From Phyllobates terribilis (lineage: Eukaryota), in assembly GCF_046119375.1 (NCBI RefSeq), contig NW_027362768.1:386570001-386634000 (forward strand): DNA of 64,000 nt, read 5' to 3'. Within the stretch, counting starts at the first letter, position 1. Every line of letters starts with the position of its first letter. This document shows positions 1-26,062 of this stretch, piece by piece. Position numbers and translations under genes: made by a program. A model generated the notes under the pieces. The model was not told where the DNA came from. It made no database searches and saw only the letters and a list, made by a program, of their open reading frames with translations.

Positions 1-1125
1 CGACGCCGTGCAGACACGACCGAAAGATGCGGAACAAGAGCGCGACGCCGTGCAGACACGACCGAAAGATGCAGAACAAGAGCGCGACGCCGTGCAGACA
101 CGACCGAAAGATGCAGAAAAAGAGCGCGACAGCGTGCAGACACGACCGAAAGATGCAGAAAAAGAGCGCGACAGCGTGCAGACATGACCGAAAGATGCGG
201 AACAAGAGCGCGACAGCGTGCAGACACGACCGAAAGATGCGGAACAAGAGCGCGACGCCGTGCAGACACGACCGAAAGATGCGGAACAAGAGCGCGACGC
301 CGTGCAGACACGACCGAAAGATGCGGAACAAGAGCGCGACGCCGTGCAGACACGACCGAAAGATGCGGAACAAGAGCGCGACACCGTGCAGACACGACCG
401 AAAGATGAGGAACAAGAGCGCGACGCCGTGCAGACACGACCGAAAGATGCAGAACAAGAGCGCGACGCCGTGCAGACACGACCGAAAGATGCAGAACAAG
501 AGCGCGACGCCGTGCAGACACGACCGAAAGATGCAGAAAAAGAGCGCGACAGCGTGCAGACACGACCGAAAGATGCAGAAAAAGAGCGCGACAGCGTGCA
601 GACACGACCGAAAGATGCGGAACAAGAGCGCGACAGCGTGCAGACACGACCGAAAGATGCGGAACAAGAGCGAGACGCCGTGCAGACACGACCGAAAGAT
701 GCAGAGCAAGAGCGCGACAGCGTGCAGACACGGCCGAAAGATGCAGAACAAGAGCGCGACGCCGTGCAGACACGACCGAAAGATGCGGAACAAGAGCGCG
801 ACACCGTGCAGACAAGACAGAAAGATGCGGAACAAGAGCGCAGCGCCGTGCAGGCACGACCGAAAGATGCAGAACAAGAGCGCGACGCTGTGCCGACACG
901 ACCGAAAGATGCGGAACAAGAGCGCGACACCGTGCAGACACTACCGAAAGATGCAGAACAAGAGCGCGACACCGTGCAGACACGACCGAAAGATGAGGAA
1001 CAAGAGCGCAGCGCCGTGCAGACACGACCGAAAGATGAAGAACAAGAGCGCGACACCGTGCAGACACGACCGAAAGATGCAGAACAAGAGCGCGACGACG
1101 TGCAGACACGACCGAAAGATGCAGA
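1..1125. repeat. 42-bp tandem satellite, left arm (continues off the window's left edge)
   Basis: Unit CGACGCCGTGCAGACACGACCGAAAGATGC(A/G)GAACAAGAGCG, read directly; the 14-aa periodicity in the ORF track agrees. Confidence 0.97.
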
Positions 1126-3551
1126 CATTATCCAGACATTTGTTGGGAATCTCTCTCAAGTAAAACTAACAGGTCAAGCAAATTCTTATCCTCTCTTGCT
1201 GACAACTTTATCTTCCAAAAGGTAGGGGAGAAAACAAGGGGATCTGCTACTTTGGATCTAATTCTTATAAACAGGGAGGAAATGGTTGAGGAGGTAAAGG
1301 TGGCTGGGACCCTAGGAGGCAGCGATCATGCTATTATAGAATTTTGGATAACTAGAGGAGGAAGACATGTGAAGACTCAAACTTCAAGGTTAGATTTTAG
1401 AAAGGCAGATTTTAAGAGACTCAGAAAGAGAATAGGAGGGATCCAATGGCTGGATGTCCTTAAGGACAAAAATGTCCAGGTAGGATGGGAAATTTTTAAA
1501 AATGAGATTCTCAAAGCACAATCGTTAACAATCCCGAAAAGTAGGAAGAATGGGAAGCATTTAAGGAAACCAGGATGGATGAACACAGAACTTAAACACA
1601 TGCTAAAAAGAAAGAAAGAAATGTTTATTAAATGGAAAGAGGGAGGCATATCTAAAGAAGATTATAATGCAGTCTGCAGATCCTGCAGGGCACGTATCAG
1701 GTTAGCTAAAGCTGACAATGAATTAAGGCTTGCAAGAGATGTCAAAAGCAATAAAAAAGGATTTTGGGGGTATGTCAAAAGTAAAAGAAAAGTCAAAGAT
1801 GCTATAGGATTTTTACAGGATGAAAATGGAGAAATGGTAAGAGAGGATGTTGAGAAGGCCGAACTTTTTAATTCCTATTTTGCATCTGTTTTCTCTCAGA
1901 AAGAAAATGTAACATCAACTGATCTTCACTGTCCTTTTAAAGGAATAGAGGAATCCAAGTTATCAGTAAACAGAAAGATTGTGAGGGAATATTTAGCTAA
2001 CATAAATGAGTTCAAGTCTCCAGGTCCAGATGAATTACACCCCAGAGTACTGAAGGAGATTGTAGAAGAAATTTTAGAACCACTCTCCATAATCTTTGAA
2101 AATTCTTGGAGAACAGGAGAAGTCCCAGAAGACTGGAGAAGAGCAAATGTTGTTCCTATCTTCAAAAAGGGGAAGAAGGTGGACCCAGGGAACTATAGGC
2201 CGGTGAGTCTGACTTCTATACCAGGAAAGATCTTTGAACAAATTATTAAACAACATGTATGTAAGTACATGGATAAGAATGAAGTGATTAACCAGAGTCA
2301 GCATGGGTTTGTAACTAACAAGTCATGTCAGACTAACTTAATTTCCTTCTATGACAGAATCACTGACTGGGTGGATCAGGGAAATGCTGTAGATATAGTA
2401 TATCTTGACTTCAGCAAAGCATTTGACAAAGTATCTCACATCATCCTTATTGAAAAAATGACCAAGTATGCAATGGACCAGGCAACTGTTAGGTGGATTC
2501 ATAACTGGCTTAGTGATCGGACTCAAAGGGTGGTTGTAAATGGCTTCACATCCAGCTGGATGAATGTCTCAAGTGGGGTACCACAGGGCTCCGTCCTGGG
2601 ACCTGTATTGTTCAACATCTTTATCAATGATCTAGATGACGGAATTGAGGGTAAACTGATTAAATTTGCTGATGACACAAAGCTAGGAGGGATAGCTAAT
2701 ACTAGAGAAGAGAGAGAGAGGATTCAAAAGCATCTAAACAAACTGGAGCAGTGGGCAGCAACCAACAGAATGGTTTATAACAGGGAAAAATGCAAAGTAC
2801 TACATCTGGGCAATAAAAATGAAAAAAGCATCTACAGAATGGGAGGAATAGAGCTAAGCAACAGTACATGTGAAAAAGACTTAGGTATACTAATAGATCA
2901 TAGACTGAACATGAGTCAACAGTGTGATGCAGCAGCAAAAAAGGCAAATACAATTCTGGGATGTATTAACAGAAGCATACAGTCTAGATCACGTGAAGTC
3001 ATTATCGGTCTTTACTCCTCTTTGGTCAGACCTCATCTGGAATACTGTGTACAGTTTTGGGCACCACATTTTAAAAAAGACATCGACAAACTGGAGCAAG
3101 TTCAGAGAAGAGCGACCAGAATGGTGACTGGTCTGCAAACCATGTCCTATGAGGAACGGTTGCAGGATTTGGGAATGTTTAGCTTGCAAAAAAGAAGACT
3201 GAGAGGAGACTTAATAGCTGTCTACAAATATGTCAAGGGCTGTCACATTGTAGAAGGATCATCTTTATTCTCATTTGCACAAGGAAAGACTAGAAGCAAT
3301 GGGATGAAACTAAATGGGAGGAGACACAGATTAGATATTAGAAAAAACTTTTTGACAGTTAGGGTGATTAATGAGTGGAACAGGCTGCCACGAGAGGTGG
3401 TGAGTTCCCCTTCAATGGACGTCTTCAAACAGAGGCTGGACAGACATCTGTCTGAGATGATCTAGTGAATCCTGCTTTGAGCAGGGGGTTGGACCAGATG
3501 ACCCAGGAGGTCCCTTCCAACTCTACCATTCTATGATTCTATGATTCTATG
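1126..3551 (+). mobile_element. 5'-truncated CR1 LINE (end of the APE endonuclease, complete RT, 3' UTR, (ATTCTATG)3 tail)
   Basis: Frame is open from 1126 (HYPDICW, the tail of the GDFNYPDICW motif) to the stop at 3465. It contains SDH, SSGVPQGSVLGP and LIKFADDTKL. The CR1-type 3' UTR ends in ATTCTATG x3 (3528-3551). ATGCAGA lies on both sides (1119-1125 and 3549-3555). Confidence 0.97.
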
Positions 3552-5975
3552 CAGAGCAAGAGCACGACTCCGTGCAGACAAGACCGAAAGATGCAGAGCA
3601 AGAGCACAACGCCGTGCAGACACGACCGAAAGATGCAGAAAAAGAGCGAGACGCCGTGCAGACACGACCGAAAGATGTAGAACAAGAGCGCGACGCCGTG
3701 CAGACACGACCGAAAGATGCAGAACAAGAGCGCGACAGCGTGCAGACACGACCGAAAGATGCAGAAAAAGAGCGCGACGCCGTGCAGACACGACCGAAAG
3801 ATGCAGAAAAAGAGCGCGACAGCGTGCAGACACGACCGAAAGATGCAGAAAAAGAGCGCGACAGCGTGCAGACACGACCGAAAGATGCAGAACAAGAGCG
3901 CGACAGCGTGCAGACACGACCGAAAGATGCGGAACAAGAGCGCGACAGCGTGCAGACACGACCGAAAGATGCGGAACAAGAGCGAGACGCCGTGCAGACA
4001 CGACCGAAAGATGCAGAGCAAGAGCGCGACAGCGTGCAGACACGACCGAAAGATGCAGAACAAGAGCGCGACGCCGTGCAGACACGACCGAAAGATGTGG
4101 AACAAGAGCGCGACACCGTGCAGACAAGACAGAAAGATGCGGAACAAGAGCGCAGCGCCGTGCAGGCACGACCGAAAGATGCAGAACAAGAGCGCGACGC
4201 TGTGCCGACACGACCGAAAGATGCGGAACAAGAGCGCGACACCGTGCAGACACTACCGAAAGATGCAGAACAAGAGCGCGACACCGTGCAGACACGACCG
4301 AAAGATGAGGAACAAGAGCGCGACACCGTGCAGACACGACCGAAAGATGCAGAACAAGAGCGCGACGACGTGCAGACACGACCGAAAGATGCAGAGCAAG
4401 AGCACGACGCCGTGCAGACAAGACCGAAAGATGCAGAGCAAGAGCACAACGCCGTGCAGACACGACCGAAAGATGCAGAAAAAGAGCGAGACGCCGTGCA
4501 GACACGACCGAAAGATGTAGAACAAGAGCGCGACGCCGTGCAGACACGACCGAAAGATGCGCTCTTGTTCTGCATCTCTCGGTCGTGTCTGCACGGCGTT
4601 GCGCTCTTGTTCTGCAACGTCGTGCAGACACGACCGAAAGATGCAGAACAAGAGCGCGACAGCGTGCAGACACGACCGAAAGATGCAGAAAAAGAGCGAG
4701 ACGCCGTGCAGACACGACCGAGAGATGCAGAACAAGAGCGCGACGCCGTGCAGACACGACCGAAAGATGCAGAACAAGAGCGCGACGCCGTGCAGACTCG
4801 ACCGAAAGATGCAGAACAAGAGCGCGACGCCGTGCAGACACGACCGAAAGATGCAGAAAAAGAGCGAGACGCCGTGCAGACACGACCGATAGATGCAGAA
4901 CAAGAGCGAGACGCCGTGCAGACACGACCGAAAGATGCAGAAAAAGAGCACGACGCCGTGCAGACACGACCGAAAGATGCGGAACAAGTGCACGACGCCG
5001 TGCAGACACGACCGAAAGATGCAGAACAAGAGCGCGACGCCGTGCAGACACAATCAAAAGATGCAGAACAAGAGCGCGACGCCGTGCAGACACGACCGAA
5101 AGATGCGGAACAAGAGCGCGACGCCGTGCAGACACGACCGAAAGATGCGGAACAAGAGCGCGACGCCGTGCAGACAAGACCGAAAGATGCGGAACAAGAG
5201 CGCGACGCCGTGCAGACAAGACCGAAAGATGCGGAACAAGAGCGCGACGCCGTGCAGACAAGACCGAAAGATGCGGAACAAGAGCGCGACGCCGTGCAGA
5301 CACTACCGAAAGATGCGGAACAAGAGCGCGACGCCGTGCAGACACTACCGAAAGATGCGGAACAAGAGCGCGACGCCGTGCAGACACGACCGAAAGATGC
5401 GGAACAAGAGCGCGACGCCGTGCAGACACGACCGAAAGATGCGGAACAAGAGCGCGACGCCATGCAGACACGACCGAAAGATGCGGAACAAGAGCGCGAC
5501 ACCGTGCAGACACGATCGAATGATGCAGAACAAGAGCACGACGCCGTGCAGACACGACCGAAAGATGCGGAACAAGAGCACGACCAAAAGATGCGGAACA
5601 AGAGCGCGACGCCGTGCAGACACGACCGAAAGATGCAGAAAAAGAGCGAGACGCCGTGCAGACACGACCGAAAGATGCGGAACAAGAGCGCGACGCCGTG
5701 CAGACACGACCGAAAGATGCAGAACAAGAGCGCGACACCGTGCAGACACGACCAAAAGATGCGGAACAAGAGCACGACACCGTGCAGACACGACCGAAAG
5801 ATGCGGAACAAGAGCGAGACGCCGTGCAGACACGACCGAATGATGCAGAACAAGAGCGCGACGCCGTGCAGACACGACCGAAAGATGCAGAACAAGAGCA
5901 CGACACCGTGCAGACAAGACCGAAAGATGCGGAACAAGAGCGAGACGCCGTGCAGACACGACCGAAAGATGCGAA
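3552..5975. repeat. 42-bp tandem satellite, right arm
   Basis: Same unit as 1-1125, resuming in register after the CR1 tail. Includes a 59-bp inversion (4558-4616) and a short deletion near 5581. Confidence 0.97.
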
Positions 5976-6861
5976 ACAGAAGAGCGGCTTTGGTATAAAA
6001 AGAGCAGAAGTTCAATAAAGAACTTATTACGTAATAGTTACTTCGGGGTTAGACAGAAGTCTTATGCTGGCTGCCGGCAGATCTCGCAGTCACGGCTCCT
6101 GTAATCTGACCAGGCAACATGGCGACTGACGAGGAAGTGAAGCCCATCGCTGCCCGCACACCGCACGCTCCGCACACCGGTCACACGCACCGATATACTT
6201 GCCCTTTGGTAATTGCCCTTCTCTGGGGGGTTTAGGTCTTTTCTTCCTTATAGGAAGTCTTGGAGGTTTCTGCCGTCAGCTCAGCGTCTGCTTCCTCAGG
6301 ACTACAACCCCTCCCTTCCGAGATGAAAGGTCACATTCCACATCAGATCTAGGGCTCGTCTCTCCATCTCGTCACCTGCTGCCGGGACATCATCTCAGGG
6401 CAGTAGGACAAGTCCCAGCACAACGAGGCGTGTGAATGCGGAGGAAGAGGCTCGAAACGGAGTTTGGGGAATAGAGAATTCGCAGCAGTCGAGATACAAA
6501 TGGGCAAATCTGTCTGGTGCCCCCCATGGAAGAGCACTGCAATGTGACCAGAGACCTGCGTGCACATGCCGCCCCCTGTCCGCACACAGCGGGGTGCAGG
6601 CTGGCTGACAGACGCCTTAAATGTAGGGGTTCTGGTCCTTGTCTACATCCCGCTGAGGTCTAACAGTCAACGAACCCCAAGAAAAAAGTATCAACGGAAT
6701 GGAAACCGAAGCCGCCAGTGTCTGCGGCGATCAGCAGCAGCGTGCGCGGCCTGGAGATCTGCACAGCTCCGAGGACCCCGATAATGTCCAATACACCATC
6801 TGTATCCAGGACCGAGGAGCAGCGCACCCTCCCCATACACCTGCAGCTGGGGGCACTTAAA

Positions 6862-8442
6862 CAGTGGCATGTAAAAGTTTGTGCACCCCTGGTCAAAATT
6901 CCTGTTATTGTGAACAGTGAAGCAAATTGAAGATGAAATTATCTAAAAGGCCTAAAGTTACAGATGACGCATCTCCTTTGTATTTTAGGCAAAAAAAATA
7001 ATTATATTTTCATCTTTTACATTTTAAAAATTGCAAAAAAGGAAAATGGGCCAATGCAAAAGTTTGTGCACCCTGCATGGTTAGTACCCAGTAGCGCCCC
7101 CTTTTGCAGGTATCACAGCTTGTAAACGCTTTTTGTAGCCGGACAAGAGTCTTTCAGTTCTTGTTTGAGGGATTTTCCTCCATTCTTCCTTGGAGAATTC
7201 CTCCAGAGCTGTGAGATTCCTGGGGCGTCTTGCATCCTCTGCTATTTTGAGGTCTAGCCACAGATTTTCAATGATGTTCAGATCAGGGGACTGTGAGGGC
7301 CATTGTGAAACCTTCAGCTTGTGCCTTTAGAGGTCGTCTATTGTTGATAGTGACCTGGGTTTAGGATCATTATCCATTTGTAGGATCATCCTCTTTTCAG
7401 CTTCAGCTTTTTTACAGATGGTGTTATGTTTGCATCAAGAATTGGTTGAAATTTCATTGAATCCATTCTTCCCTCTACCTGCGAAATGTTCCCCGTGCCA
7501 TTGGCTGCAACACAACCCCAAAACACGATTGATCCACCCCCATGCTTAATGGTTGGCGAGCTGTTCTGTTCCTGAAATCTTGTGCCCTTTGTTCTCCACA
7601 CATAACTTTGATCATTGTGGTCAGAGACTTCTATTTTACCTCATCGGTCCACAGGACTTGTTTCCACAATACATCACGCTTGTTTAGCTGTTCTTTTGCA
7701 CTTCTGATGCTGAATTTTATGGTGATGACGCAGGAGACGTTTTCTTCTGATGACTCTTCCATGAAGGCCATATTTGTGCAGGTGTCTCTGAACAGTAGAA
7801 CAACGTACCACAACTCCAGAGTCTGCTAAATCTTTCTGAAGGTCTTTTGCAGTCAAGCGGGGGTCCTGATTTGCCTCTCTAGCAATCCTACGAGCATCTC
7901 TCACTGAAATGTTGCTTGGTCTTCCAGACCTTATCTTGACCTCCACTGTTCCTAGTAACTGCCATTTCTTTATTAAATTTCAAACTGAGGAAAGGGCAAC
8001 TTGGAAACCCTTTGCTCTCTCCTTCTAGCTTCTCCTGCTTTGTGGCCTCCACCATTGTCAGAGCTCGGCAGCTGCTTAGAAGACCCCACGGCTGCTTGTT
8101 TGGGCAGAAGGTTAGAGGAGGTTTTTATAAAGCTGGAAATTTGCATCACCGGCCTTTCCTAATGATGATAGTGAACAAGCCATAACCCTAACAGGATAAT
8201 TAAGGTCTGACACCTTGGTCAAAGTTATCTGAGCACACAAACTTTTGCATCGGCCCATCTTCCTTTTTGTCATTTTTAAAATGTAAAAAGATGAAAATAT
8301 AATTTTTTTTTTTGCCTAAAATACAAAGGAGATGCGTCATCTGTAACTTTAGGCCTTTTAGATCATTTCATCTTCAACTTGCTTCACTGTTCACAATAAC
8401 AGGAATTTTGACCAGGGGTGCACAAACTTTTACATGTCACTG
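6862..8442 (-). mobile_element. Decayed Tc1/mariner DNA transposon with ~200-bp TIRs
   Basis: TIR CAGTGGCATGTAAAAGTTTGTGCACCCCTGGTC at 6862 has its inverse ending at 8442, followed by TA (the left flank reads AA). Frameshifted transposase pieces on the minus strand: GRP..IS, VLWTDE, KHGGGSIVFWGC. Confidence 0.95.
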
Positions 8443-9139
8443 TATGAACACTGCAGACCCCCAGCCCTGACGCTCGCACACAATGCACCATACTAACCAG
8501 CGCCAGCGCTGCATTTTGACTGCATTTCTTCAGCGATGCCGCAGGCACTTAACCCCTCGTGATTGACAGCAAAAACTGACGAGAAGTTGAATTGCTGGAA
8601 ATGCCACAATCCCGGCACAATAAAAAGTTCAGCAACTTTCTAAAAGAATTTGCATTTCGACTCCTCTCTTTTCAATGTGTTGGTTTGCTGTGAATGGAAA
8701 CCTTTATATTTAGAGGCTGAGATGCAGACAGGAAAGGGTTTGCTACAATGTAGTACAATACACAAGCTGAACATCTGGCCTTTGTTACAATGTATCAGTG
8801 CAGGTAAAATGTATCACACCAGGTACTAGTGAAGCCAATGCTCATCTGGGAGAAGGAGCGCAGCGGCCGGCGCTGTCCATGTACTAGATTGGGATTATTT
8901 TGGGGTCGCGCTGCCCCGAACTGACAGCTGCGGTCCAGACTGACAGCGAATCTGGAATCTGCTTACTTCACAATTAATCTCTTTAATCTGCTCGGCGGCC
9001 ACAGAAGATTACACTGCACCAAAACCGGAGCGCTCCCCCGAGCAGCCCCCGCCTGCGAAAGTATTATTCTGAGCCCATGATGGACGCAGTCCTCCTATCT
9101 GAATGACCAGGCCTACCTTCTTCCGGGCAGCACCAGCGA

Positions 9140-9710
9140 GGCGCAGTCGCCCACTCCCGTCCTCCTCGGGGGAGGGGGGGGAGCAGTCGCCCGTTACCGT
9201 CCTCCTCGGGGGAGGGGGGGGAGCAGTCGCCAGTTACCGTCCTCCTCGGGGGAGGGGGGGGAGCAGTCGCCAGTTACCGTCCTCCTCGGGGGAGGGGGGG
9301 GGGGGGAGCAGTCGCCCGTTACCGTCCTCCTCGGGGGAGGGGGGGGAGCAGTCGCCCGTTACCGTCCTCCTCGGGGGAGGGGGGGAGCAGTCGCCCGTTA
9401 CCATGCTTCAGGAGTGTGGTGCATGTAGCAGTCGCCCGTTACCATGCTTCAGGAGTGTGGGGCATGGAGCAATCGCCCGTTACCGCACTCCCCTTTTGGA
9501 GCAGTCGCCCGTTACCGCACTCCCCTTTTGGAGCAGTCGCCCGTTACCGCACTCCCCTTTTGGAGCAGTCGCCCGTTACCGCACTCCCCTTTTGGAGCAG
9601 TCGCCCGTTACCGCACTCCCCTTTTGGAGCAGTCGCCCGTTACCGCACTCCCCTTTTGGAGCAGTCGCCCGTTACCGCACTCCCCTTTTGGAGCAGTCGC
9701 CCGTTACCAT
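9140..9710. repeat. Composite minisatellite with a constant GAGCAGTCGCCCGTTACC core and 40-, ~41- and 32-bp unit types
   Basis: Core followed in turn by GTCCTCCTCGGGGGAGGGGGGG, then ATGCTTCAGGAGTGTGG.., then GCACTCCCCTTTTG. Confidence 0.92.
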
Positions 9711-10189
9711 CCGCGGGGTCTGAAGAATTTTTAATGAAGCACAAAAGATCCAAACAAATAAATATCAAATAGGAACAGGACAAAATGGCGCGGCGGCGAA
9801 TCTGTGGAGGAGGAACAGCCTCACCACCCGGCTGTGCTGTCAGTCTAGCAGCAACCAAGGGGTTAAACCGCTCAGCCGTGTCCAAAAGTGAGAGGCTGGA
9901 CTGACACAAAGCAACAAAACTCCAGCAGTGCTGTGCTGCAGAATGGAGGGTGAGAGGGTTTGCGGACTGACTGAGGGACGCGGTGCATGGTAGTGATATT
10001 AAGGCATATGCACAGGAGGGTCCCGCCCGGGGTCCGCACAGCCGGGGTCTCACACTGCGGGCAGCATCTGTAGAGGGGGCCGGAGAGCAATATAGATATA
10101 CAGTCAGCGCTCGAGGGGCAGAAACCACCAGAAACAGGAGATGAGTGACCCCAGCCCGCCTGCGCGAGGGAAGCCACGTGTGTCACAGG

Positions 10190-10920
10190 GCGGAGCGCTC
10201 TGCGTGGTGTAGCTCTCTCTCTACGGGCGGAGCGCTCTGGATCTGTCTCTAGGGGCGGAGCGCTCTGCGCGGTGGAGCTCTCTCTCTACGGGCGGAGCGC
10301 TCTGGAGCTCTCTCTACGGGCGGAGCGCTCTGGATCTCTCTCTACGGGCGGAGCGCTCTGCGCGGTGGATCTCTCTCTACGGGCGGAGCGCTCTGCGCGG
10401 TGGATCTCTCTCTACGGGCGGAGCGCTCTGCGCGGTGGATCTCTCTCTACGGGCGGAGCGCTCTGCGCGGTGGATCTCTCTCTACGGGCGGAGCGCTCTG
10501 CGCGGTGGATCTCTCTCTACGGGCGGAGCGCTCTGCGCGGTGGATCTCTCTCTACGGGCGGAGCGCTCTGCGCGGTGGATCTCTCTCTACGGGCGGAGCG
10601 CTCTGCGCGGTGGATCTCTCTCTACGGGCGGAGCGCTCTGCGCGGTGGATCTCTCTCTACGGGCGGAGCGCTCCGCGCGGTGGATCTCTCTCTACGGGCG
10701 GAGCGCTCTGCGCGGTGGATCTCTCTCTACGGGCGGAGCGCTCTGCGCGGTGGATCTCTCTCTACGGGCGGAGCGCTCCGCGCGGTGGATCTCTCTCTAC
10801 GGGCGGAGCGCTCTGCGCGGTGGATCTCTCTCTACGGGCGGAGCGCTCTGCGCGGTGGATCTCTCTCTACGGGCGGAGCGCTCTGCGCGGTGGATCTCTC
10901 TCTACGGGCGGAGCGCTCTG
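10190..10920. repeat. 35-bp minisatellite
   Basis: Unit GGAGCGCTCTGCGCGGTGGATCTCTCTCTACGGGC, near-identical tandem copies. Confidence 0.95.
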
Positions 10921-11139
10921 TGGTGGCCCTCACATATTGGAGGTGTGTACAGGATGGTTTGTTGCGTTAACCCTACAGATGCTGTAGGCAGAAGCTCCTG
11001 TGGATCATGATTCAGAGCTGCAGACCCCTGAGCCTTGTGCCGGCCCCCACAATCCTGGCCCCACAGTGGTGAATAAGAGGGCGAGAGGACGGCGAGTCAG
11101 GAAGACGCGGACCCCCGACAGATGAGTCAGGAACCTTCC

Positions 11140-25837
<14,698 letters not shown>

Positions 25838-26062
25838 GGTGGTTTGGTCGTCACCGTGGGTCAGGAAGCATAGTCACACAGTCCACAGGAAACCTGCAGG
25901 AGAAAAGACAGAGTGTGTTACTAGGCCAAAACAGAGCATGTCCACTGTGCTTTACCTACCTCCTACTGATCCTGAGGTACATCATGGCTACAATCAGATC
26001 CAGAGACGCATTCATTATTCTGTCCCGCATTGTGTAACACACATAATGACTGCATCAGTGTG

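Noticed and set aside
27-6018. Long ORFs in the 42-bp satellite
   Set aside because: Open in many frames on both strands and interrupted by a LINE, an inversion and a deletion; no gene structure.
5976-6861. Short ORFs and possible retroelement remnant between the 42-bp satellite and the first Tc1
   Set aside because: No recognisable domain, termini or splice structure; cannot be classified without a database search.
9140-9710. CRISPR-like repeat/spacer pattern
   Set aside because: The 'spacers' are repeated rather than unique, there are no cas genes, and the context is vertebrate.
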